From Candidatus Woesearchaeota archaeon (lineage in GTDB: Archaea > Nanobdellota > Nanobdellia > Woesearchaeales > B29-G15), in assembly GCA_017610005.1 (NCBI GenBank), contig JAFCCU010000001.1, forward strand, positions 1,478 to 65,477: a stretch of 64,000 bases of DNA, written 5' to 3'. The notes under the pieces were generated by a model, which was not told the origin of the DNA, made no database searches, and was given only the letters and a program-made list of their open reading frames with translations. The stretch's first letter is position 1, and each line of letters starts with the position of its first letter. Of the stretch, positions 56,652 through 64,000 are shown piece by piece. Position numbers and translations under genes: made by a program.

Positions 56652-57182
56652 ATGGTAATCTACTTTATTACTGGAAATAAGAATAAATTTTCAGAAGCTA
56701 AACAAATAATTCCTGAACTGGAGCATTTGGAAATTTCTTTACCTGAAATTCAAGATTTAAACCCCCAAAATATAATAAAAGAAAAACTTTGTGAAGCATT
56801 CAAACACCATTCTGGCCCTTTTATTGTTGAAGATACCTCTCTCGTTTTTGAAGGATTAAAAAAATTACCCGGGCCATTTATTAAGTGGTTTTTAGAAACT
56901 CTTGGTAGAGAAGGCCTATGGGATTTAGCAAAAGGGCTAAACACCCAAAAAGCATATGCTCAGTGCATGGTTGGGTACGCAGAAAATCCAAATAATATCC
57001 AATTTTTTGAAGGGATTGTTAAAGGAGAAATTGTCAGCCCCAAGGGAGATTATTTTGGTTGGGATCCAATCTTTAAGCCAGAAGGCTATGATAAAACATT
57101 TGCTGAAATTCAAAGTGTAAAAATGGTTATAAGCCACAGAAAAGTGGCTTTAGAGAAGCTTAAAGAATATCTAAAATTGTGA
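56652..57182 (+). CDS. rdgB: Non-canonical purine NTP pyrophosphatase (Ham1/ITPase)
   Basis: FITGNKNK, EIQ, VEDTSL, PGPFIKW, FGWDPIF, SHR. True start ATG 56652. Confidence 0.95.
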   Translation: MVIYFITGNKNKFSEAKQIIPELEHLEISLPEIQDLNPQNIIKEKLCEAFKHHSGPFIVEDTSLVFEGLKKLPGPFIKWFLETLGREGLWDLAKGLNTQKAYAQCMVGYAENPNNIQFFEGIVKGEIVSPKGDYFGWDPIFKPEGYDKTFAEIQSVKMVISHRKVALEKLKEYLKL

Positions 57183-57259
57183 GCATTTTAACCTACACTT
57201 TTCACAACAATAATAATTAAATACAAAACTTCTAGATTTTAGTATTGGGGTAGATAACA

Positions 57260-59020
57260 ATGCATATCATGTCTAATTTTACTTTTGAAGAACAAGAGCT
57301 TATTAGAAAATTTATTTTTACTAATCCTCATGGAGATATCTCATTTATCTACCCTCAATCATTATATGGGCACGAAGAACATCTGCCTTTTATCTCATCT
57401 TACTCTAGATCTAAGATGCCTTTACAGGATAAGGTGTTAATGTTCCTTGATAAGGATAAACCTGAAACAGTTAAAGAGTTTTTACCTATTATTCCAAAGT
57501 TAATTAAGTTATCAAGAAAAGAAGATGGCACTTTAAAGGTGCCTATGACAACTGCTTTATTTAACAGGCGTTGGGCTGTTTTTTACAAACACAATTCAAT
57601 CAAAGAACAAGCGCAGTTTTTCGGTTATATGGAGAATATTTCTGATTTTATGCATCATGCATCAACTGGGAGTCATCCATTATGTTCTCCTCTTGCTAAA
57701 TCAAGTAGGTATATATTTTGGGATGGAACATTTCCCGAGGCAGATAAAGACATCCTTTCTTTACCTAATGCAAATAAAAATAAAGAGTTTATTGAACTTA
57801 TGAATAAAAATTATGTAAAAGCTGTTAAACAATTAACTGAATTTGTTAAAGGACATCGCTTTACAGGTGAATTTGTTGAGCATATAAAAAGCAGTGAAGT
57901 AGTAGAAAGTAATGTTGCAGAATTTATCAAATCTGAAAAATTGATTCGAGAAGGAAAAGAACCAAGCAAAGAAGAAATTGAAAAAGAACGGCAAAAACAT
58001 ATAATCGCTTCAGATCCTGAAGTAGTTGAAAAAGAAATTCAGCGTTTTGTCTTGGATTATGCACGTGTTTATCTAATAGCTGGTGTAAAAACCTCAGTTG
58101 GTTTTGCAATGAACGCTAGAAATTTAGGTGAGATGATAACAAGTATGATCTCAACGCCTAGAAAAGAGGATCAGGAAGCAGGATATACACTTCTAAAAGA
58201 AGCAAAAAAGATTACTCCAATTATCTTAGGGTCTGAAGGCACAGTTGGAATTGATGAATGGCAACTTCATACAGAAACTGAACTTCGAACTTTAATGGAG
58301 AAGAAGTTCCCTAAATTAATGCATCCAAAAAAAGAACATAAATTAGTAAGACTAATAAAAAATTCAGAAATGTATAGTGATAAATTTATGGCAGCTTTAG
58401 CTGTCTTCCCATTTGTGGGGGCATCAATTGATGAGATTTTCAAAACCCTTAAGGATAGTGATGTAAGTGAAATATTACATCTAATCCATAAACATAGGGC
58501 GCCAGGCCAAGGACTTGCATCAAGTTTAGTTCACTCAGGAATTATTGCTGAAACAATGTTGCCTTGGCATATTAATAGAGATATTTTGAGGCACAGAAGG
58601 GGGAGCAGGAGCAGGCAACTCTTAGGTACAAGGTTAGGTTTTGTAACCCCTGAATTATTCCAGCTTGCGGGAATTGATACTGAATTTGCTGAGTCTATGA
58701 AGGTTGCTGAAGAGATATTTGAAAATGCAAGAAGTTATGATAAATTTATTGCTGAAAAACTTGTGCCGTGGGGATTTAAATATAGAAGTTTGCAAACTTG
58801 GCAATTAAACCAATTGTCTTATATAATCGCGATTAGATCAAGACCAAAAGTAGGGCATTTAGATTATGTTAAATTTGCTAGGGAGCTATGGGCTGAAACT
58901 GCAAAATTTTATCCTGAAACTGCAAAATACATTGAAGTAAACCGCGATGAATATCCTGTAGAACTTTGGAAGAAGGGATATTCTTGGTGGGATAAGGAAG
59001 GCAAGTTTAGGAATCTTTGA
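57260..59020 (+). CDS. thyX: Long (tandem-domain) FAD-dependent thymidylate synthase-like protein
   Basis: YSRS, HNSIKEQA, KSSRY, NARNL, RDILRHRRGS, RS...GH..Y motifs. Confidence 0.8.
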   Translation: MHIMSNFTFEEQELIRKFIFTNPHGDISFIYPQSLYGHEEHLPFISSYSRSKMPLQDKVLMFLDKDKPETVKEFLPIIPKLIKLSRKEDGTLKVPMTTALFNRRWAVFYKHNSIKEQAQFFGYMENISDFMHHASTGSHPLCSPLAKSSRYIFWDGTFPEADKDILSLPNANKNKEFIELMNKNYVKAVKQLTEFVKGHRFTGEFVEHIKSSEVVESNVAEFIKSEKLIREGKEPSKEEIEKERQKHIIASDPEVVEKEIQRFVLDYARVYLIAGVKTSVGFAMNARNLGEMITSMISTPRKEDQEAGYTLLKEAKKITPIILGSEGTVGIDEWQLHTETELRTLMEKKFPKLMHPKKEHKLVRLIKNSEMYSDKFMAALAVFPFVGASIDEIFKTLKDSDVSEILHLIHKHRAPGQGLASSLVHSGIIAETMLPWHINRDILRHRRGSRSRQLLGTRLGFVTPELFQLAGIDTEFAESMKVAEEIFENARSYDKFIAEKLVPWGFKYRSLQTWQLNQLSYIIAIRSRPKVGHLDYVKFARELWAETAKFYPETAKYIEVNRDEYPVELWKKGYSWWDKEGKFRNL

Positions 59021-59066
59021 CAAATTATTTATAGTTGAATGGAATTTTTGTAATGAGGCGATATAA

Positions 59067-59528
59067 ATGGATGAAACTTTATCAAATAAAATAAACTATC
59101 AGATTAACAGGGAATTATATTCTGGTTACTTGTACTTGTCAATGGCAGCTTATTTAGATTCAAAGAAGTTAAAAGGAGGCTCCAATTGGATGAAAAAACA
59201 AGCAGCTGAAGAATATTTTCATGCAATGAAACTTTATGAGTACCTCGCAGGCAAGAATATTAGAATTACAATGGAGGCAATTGAAGCTCCTCAAGAGTCC
59301 TGGGAGTCTGTAGAAGCAGTTTTTGAACATGTCTTAGCCCATGAAAAAGCAGTAACGGGTATGATTAATAATCTAGTAAGTGTAGCACAAGGTGATCAAG
59401 AAACATTAGGTATGCTTGATTGGTTTGTCCATGAACAAGTTGAGGAAGAGGAATCAGCTGAAAAAGTACTTAAGATTGTAAGGGAACTCCCTTTAAACGA
59501 GGCTAATAAGAAACTAGGAGAAAGGTAA
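59067..59528 (+). CDS. ftnA: Ferritin (non-heme)
   Basis: QINRELYS.YLYLSMA, EE..HAMK, HEK.VT, WFV.EQVEEE ferroxidase residues. Confidence 0.95.
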   Translation: MDETLSNKINYQINRELYSGYLYLSMAAYLDSKKLKGGSNWMKKQAAEEYFHAMKLYEYLAGKNIRITMEAIEAPQESWESVEAVFEHVLAHEKAVTGMINNLVSVAQGDQETLGMLDWFVHEQVEEEESAEKVLKIVRELPLNEANKKLGER

Positions 59529-59533
59529 ATTTT

Positions 59534-60280
59534 TTATTCTTCACGTTTAAATCCAGGCTTTTTAGATAGGTCCCAAAGTAAGTTGAAGTATTGGCGGTAG
59601 GCTTCTGCAATCTTTTCATTCTTAATTTGAATCATCATTGGAGGTTTAATCCAAAACTGTAATACTACTTCATCTCCACAAACAATAGTAGAAACTTCAG
59701 TATCATATATCTTTGGCAAGAATCCTGCACAAGTGTACTTCATCTTATTTAGGTGTTCAATTCTTTTTAAAGCGTCATGGTTATAAATATGTTTCATCCA
59801 GATTTTCTTTTCTATTCTTACTTTGTGAAAATGAGGAATTTCAAATTTTAAAAAATCTCCAACAACTTCTTTAGGGATACCATATGCCAAAATTTCTTCT
59901 TTTTGTTCTAAGAATCCATAAAGAATATTCATAAAAGCTTTAACTCCTTCAAAGATATGGGCTTCACCTTTTTTCTCATGGATTTTCCCAATTAGTTTTA
60001 ATTGAGGGATTGCTTTTTTTAAGGCATCTTCTTTTTCTTTAATATACCTCATTAAATTATCGGGTGGACTTGCTTCAAAATATTTAGTTTTATATCGCGT
60101 AATATAACTAACTAGTCCTTTTTCAATTAATCTTTCTAAAACATCATAAACATTAGTTCTATGGACGCGACTTTTCTTTGCAATTTCAGAAGCTGTTGCA
60201 AGTCCTGTTTCGAGTAATGCAAGATAAATGGAGGCCTCGTTGTGTGATAATCCGATATCCTCAAGAAATGCAGTATCCAT
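59534..60280 (-). CDS. TrmB-family transcriptional regulator
   Basis: GLS.NEA.IYLALL...HRTNVYDVLERLIEKGLV winged HTH plus C-terminal effector-like domain. Confidence 0.92.
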   Translation of the reverse strand: MDTAFLEDIGLSHNEASIYLALLETGLATASEIAKKSRVHRTNVYDVLERLIEKGLVSYITRYKTKYFEASPPDNLMRYIKEKEDALKKAIPQLKLIGKIHEKKGEAHIFEGVKAFMNILYGFLEQKEEILAYGIPKEVVGDFLKFEIPHFHKVRIEKKIWMKHIYNHDALKRIEHLNKMKYTCAGFLPKIYDTEVSTIVCGDEVVLQFWIKPPMMIQIKNEKIAEAYRQYFNLLWDLSKKPGFKREE

Positions 60281-60323
60281 AAAGAGTAGTAACTGAACTA
60301 TTCTTTATAAAGGTTTCTAGGGA

Positions 60324-60344
60324 TTGTCTACCCAAGGTAGACAA
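60324..60344. promoter_or_regulatory. Perfect inverted repeat upstream of the TrmB-family gene (putative operator)
   Basis: TTGTCTACC-CAA-GGTAGACAA, just upstream of TATA-like CTTTATAAAG at 60303-60312. Confidence 0.6.
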
Positions 60345-60390
60345 ACTTTGTCGTCGAGAATATAAAAAGGTGTTAAAAATGTCTAAGGAA

Positions 60391-60807
60391 TTATTTTTCT
60401 GGAACTAACTCCATAAACGGGCGTAAATCTTCAAGAGATTTTAGTTCAAGTTTTACACTTGAGATTTTCCCCCTTATTTTTATTAATTTATTCTGATTGT
60501 TAATTAGCTTTTCTCTGACTTGAAGTTCTTTTCTTTTCACTTGCCGTGGAGACATAGACTGAATGTTTTTTAATTCAGAAAAACCATAATTTTCATTTAA
60601 ATCTTTTTTATCAATTGTAAAATTCGTGCATGCTCCTTGCAAAATAAAAAGGTAATTCCTATCTTCTTCAAGCCACCAAATATGGTGCTCTAATCTTAAG
60701 ATCTCTTGTTTTAATAGATTAGCTTCTTCTACTGCTCCATCCACAAGTTCTGTAACAACTTTATTAAGAGTATTATGAATCTTTGAAATTCTCAACCTTT
60801 TTTTCAT
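60391..60807 (-). CDS. Hypothetical coiled-coil protein
   Basis: 138 aa helical, charged ORF. Confidence 0.55.
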   Translation of the reverse strand: MKKRLRISKIHNTLNKVVTELVDGAVEEANLLKQEILRLEHHIWWLEEDRNYLFILQGACTNFTIDKKDLNENYGFSELKNIQSMSPRQVKRKELQVREKLINNQNKLIKIRGKISSVKLELKSLEDLRPFMELVPEK

Positions 60808-60984
60808 TTCTGTTCCTTGTTAATAATAATGTAATAACCAACAAGTAGTAATTTATTTTTATTTTATTTAAACATGAGTTGTCTACCTTTATACGACTTA
60901 CTGGTGGTGACAATATTGCTGTTCACGTACGCATACCAAAGGTTTATAAAAATAATCTCTTTAGTACTTTTGGGTGACACTTTA

Positions 60985-63402
60985 ATGGGTGCAGAAGAAG
61001 ATAGGTTTGGAAGGCAGGGGGTAAACGCCATAATGAGGGGAGTAGGTGGTTCTGGCTTAAACCGGCCTGTTAACCTAGCTTTGTGGGGGATAAGCAAGAT
61101 TTGTAAATTTACTCTAGAGCATCTATTTACAGACCAAAATTATCAGCTTCTTGGGAACACTAACATCGAAAATATAGTTCTTGTGGGCAGCGATTCCTCT
61201 GAAGCTGAAGCAGATAGAAGGCATCTAATTGGGACCTTACAAACATCTGAATTTGCAACAGTTGGAGGAGTAAAAATTATTTCTACAGATTATGGGAAAT
61301 ATGAAAGTGTTGCTTCTGATATGGGGGGAATTGATATTTTAGTTTTCACTCACGGCAAGCCTATTGATTCAGAAATTACAGATCCTCAGGCAGCGAGAGA
61401 AGAGAGAACAAGGGTAAATATTAAATTAATAGATGATTTCTATAAATCTCTTGGGAACCAAATGCCAGGCCATTTATTAATGGCTGCAAATCTCCCTGCT
61501 GCTCTGATGTACAGGGCTGCACTGCTTCTTGATGGCATGGAGTTAAGCCAATTTTCTGGACTTGCACATTTGGATTATTTAAGGTTAGATGCTCTTGCAC
61601 GACCCTTATTAAGGCGAAAGATTGCTGAAAATCTTGCTTGGGATGAGTCACAAACCTCTGAGGATTTAGAAGATATAATGAGTTCTTTACAAGAAATACA
61701 ATGGTTTAACTTAGGATACCATGGAAACTCTCGGGCAGTATTAAATGGGGTGCCTGCAATTATTGATCCAAAAAGTAATTCTAAAATAAACTTAAGGGAA
61801 CATTTCAAAGTAGAATTTTCTCAAGAAGAAGTAGAGGCAATCTCCCACGCAGTTATGGAGGGAGCAAGAGCCTTGATGGAAGACTATAATGATTCTGGGG
61901 AAAGAGCACTACTCAAGACTAATCCTGCGGGTGCAATATTATGGCACCTTCAGGCTTTGCTTAATCAAGATAGGTTTGTTAATGCTGGAATTTTCTCCAT
62001 AATTGATGATACTGGAAGAGTCCTTCCATTAGCGCAACCAGCAATCTGCCATGATCTCCATATTTACAGAAGTGATTTATTTGCTGTTGCAGATAGTGAT
62101 GACCTCGCGCAATTTGAAAGTATCCAAGGAGATCTTCAACAATTAATTGATAGGCATCCAGAGGTAACCAATGGTTTTAGTAGACCCCTAATGAGAAGAG
62201 GAAACTGGAGCGGAAAAACTCCCTCAAGTGTTAGGAAACTATATGCTAGACCTGACTTGCTTCAAAAAATACTTCCAATGGCATTTAAAACTCCTCCTAT
62301 TCCTTCCATTGAAAAGTTGTGCACTTCCACATTTTATTCTAATGGCCTTCATAACGGAGATTTAAAAAGTTTATTTGAAGTGACTCCCGGCAAAGACAAG
62401 CGCCCTCGTGATCCTGTTCCAATTGGTCTTAAAAGAGAAGAAATTACAATTGGCAAGAAAAGAGTTTACCTAAAAAAGGAACAGGATTCTGTAGTTTCCC
62501 TTGAAGGAGGTAGCAAACTTATTCATATCTTGACAAGAAACAATATCTCTGATCAAGAACATAAGGGGCCAAATTTTGTTTATAGAATAGCCAATTTTGA
62601 TCGTGAAACCAGAGAATTCTTAACCCCTTCTCAACCATTAATTAGAAATGGGCTTCCAATCTCAGTAGTTTCCATGGCCTTAGCACCAGATGGGACATTG
62701 TTAGTAGGTTATGATTATAAAAAAAATTTTACTGTAAGCAGTATTGTTGACGGTCAAATTGGAGAAGATATCCTTTCAGTTGAAGAAGGAATGGAATGGT
62801 TTGAATATAGAGAGAATGAGATATATCTCATCAAAGAAAATTGTCTTTATAAATATGATAGAAAAGCAGAAGTTGCTTCAATAATGCCCCCTACATTAAA
62901 AATATATGATCCTGTAAATAGTAGATTTACCTTTGCAACAAGTCATGGTAGGGGCTTATCTCATGGAGATTCCCCACTTGTAAAGTTAGTTAACGCGCAA
63001 GGAGAGTCAATTGGGATTTCCTCAAATAATCAAATCTTTGATTTTCATAATAGCAGCCAAGGGTTTGTCTCTGCTAGTTTGGTTCTAGCAAATAAATTGG
63101 GAGTATATTCAGCTAGTTCAATTGGTCAATTTTTCTCTGGGATGCAAGAAGAAGGAATTGAGATGAAGACAACAAAAGCTTCATTTACAGATGTGGAGAG
63201 ATTATTGGTCCAAGATTTAAAAGTTGCATATGTTCTTCAACATGCTTTTAGTGAGGGCGCATCTGTAAAAAGTGCAAATGGCGCCTTATCCCGGGTAATA
63301 AGTGCAGTATCTTTAGAGCATGTAAAACAAAAACCTTACACTATTAATGCTCAGGGCATGTCCTTTTCACAAATGATAATGGTGGGGCCTCTTGATAACT
63401 AA
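60985..63402 (+). CDS. Lactate/malate dehydrogenase-like domain fused to a ~400-aa unknown beta-rich domain
   Basis: THGKP..R...N, AANLP, GLAHLDYLRL and LGYHGNS match the LDH/MDH motif order. ATG 60985 follows a GGGTGA SD. Confidence 0.65.
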   Translation: MGAEEDRFGRQGVNAIMRGVGGSGLNRPVNLALWGISKICKFTLEHLFTDQNYQLLGNTNIENIVLVGSDSSEAEADRRHLIGTLQTSEFATVGGVKIISTDYGKYESVASDMGGIDILVFTHGKPIDSEITDPQAAREERTRVNIKLIDDFYKSLGNQMPGHLLMAANLPAALMYRAALLLDGMELSQFSGLAHLDYLRLDALARPLLRRKIAENLAWDESQTSEDLEDIMSSLQEIQWFNLGYHGNSRAVLNGVPAIIDPKSNSKINLREHFKVEFSQEEVEAISHAVMEGARALMEDYNDSGERALLKTNPAGAILWHLQALLNQDRFVNAGIFSIIDDTGRVLPLAQPAICHDLHIYRSDLFAVADSDDLAQFESIQGDLQQLIDRHPEVTNGFSRPLMRRGNWSGKTPSSVRKLYARPDLLQKILPMAFKTPPIPSIEKLCTSTFYSNGLHNGDLKSLFEVTPGKDKRPRDPVPIGLKREEITIGKKRVYLKKEQDSVVSLEGGSKLIHILTRNNISDQEHKGPNFVYRIANFDRETREFLTPSQPLIRNGLPISVVSMALAPDGTLLVGYDYKKNFTVSSIVDGQIGEDILSVEEGMEWFEYRENEIYLIKENCLYKYDRKAEVASIMPPTLKIYDPVNSRFTFATSHGRGLSHGDSPLVKLVNAQGESIGISSNNQIFDFHNSSQGFVSASLVLANKLGVYSASSIGQFFSGMQEEGIEMKTTKASFTDVERLLVQDLKVAYVLQHAFSEGASVKSANGALSRVISAVSLEHVKQKPYTINAQGMSFSQMIMVGPLDN

Positions 63403-64000
63403 ACAACTTAGAGGGATTGTACGTTCAAGAAGTTTAAAGGCTAAAAAAAAAGTAAAAAAACACATCCCTGGAGATGATAAAAAATTACCATTGCCTCACT
63501 TAGGATTGTATATTCTCGCAGATGGGATGACATCTGGTGGATTTGGATACCATGCAGCAGGAAAAGCAGTAGGTTATCTTGGGGAAGAATGTTCTGTTTT
63601 GGCAAAGGCATTAAGAGATAAAGAAGATGGTGAACCAATACTTGACCCGGAGGCTCTTTTAGGATTTGTTAGAAATGCTTTTTTAGCAGTCAATCAAGAT
63701 ATTTCTGATATGGCGTACAACAGAGAATTGAAGTTTATGGGTACAACTCTTGATATTTGCATGACTTTTGAAAATAAAGCCTATTTTGCTCATGTTGGAG
63801 ATTCAAGGATATACCATTTTTCAGCTGAAGGACTTGATCAATTAACAGTTGATAACATCCCCACTCCTCCTGGTTTAAATGAGGAAGAAAGAGGATACCA
63901 CGCGCTAGTTGAACATCGCTTGACTGAATATTTAGGAACTGGATCTGGAGAATTACACATTCAAACTGGAGTTATTGATATTGGGCCAGGGGATTTAATT
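63392..64000 (+). CDS. PP2C/PPM-family Ser/Thr phosphatase, N-terminal part (runs off the window)
   Basis: Not in ORF track. TTG 63392 after GGTGGGG; LYILADGM, MGTTL, AHVGDSRIY, QLTVD, LTEYLG. Confidence 0.9.
   Translation, partial: MITKQLRGIVRSRSLKAKKKVKKHIPGDDKKLPLPHLGLYILADGMTSGGFGYHAAGKAVGYLGEECSVLAKALRDKEDGEPILDPEALLGFVRNAFLAVNQDISDMAYNRELKFMGTTLDICMTFENKAYFAHVGDSRIYHFSAEGLDQLTVDNIPTPPGLNEEERGYHALVEHRLTEYLGTGSGELHIQTGVIDIGPGDLI

Noticed and set aside
1451-63638. Numerous short antisense or alternate-frame ORFs (e.g. 4382..4894, 36592..36939, 48506..48880, 52165..52560, 63441..63638)
   Set aside because: They lie within well-supported genes and show no motifs; treated as shadow ORFs.

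Overview
AT-rich archaeal chromosomal segment, most consistent with a DPANN lineage such as Woesearchaeota. This is inferred from archaeal rpl37ae-rpoP-pcc1-pfdB, rpoL, cdc48, lhr+MPE, TATA/BRE promoters, bacterial-type metK, long-form thyX, class III signal-peptide pilin-like genes and giant secreted proteins. Housekeeping genes are interspersed with three giant surface-protein genes (1968, 1930 and 3572 aa). Three layers of structure are not explained by gene calls. (1) The two tandem giant adhesin genes are built by nested domain-in-domain insertion, including a LamG domain split across the two genes by what looks like a whole ~4.87 kb inserted gene (the halves rejoin as W-A-K|P). (2) One family of 7-bp repeats (CTnCnnA-like) occurs as a 29-unit intergenic array, an in-frame insertion in a methyltransferase, the building blocks of a disordered acidic protein, and in a 147-bp duplication at tRNA-Pro. 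(3) Several intergenic multi-hairpin elements are present, with AATACCCC-led stems or cGNAg triloops. There is also a frameshifted GNAT gene, an uncalled ribbon-helix-helix gene, and an LDH/MDH-like fusion protein coupled to a PP2C phosphatase at the right edge. No CRISPR array, integrase, transposase or reverse transcriptase was seen. All assignments are by eye from motifs; no database searches were run.
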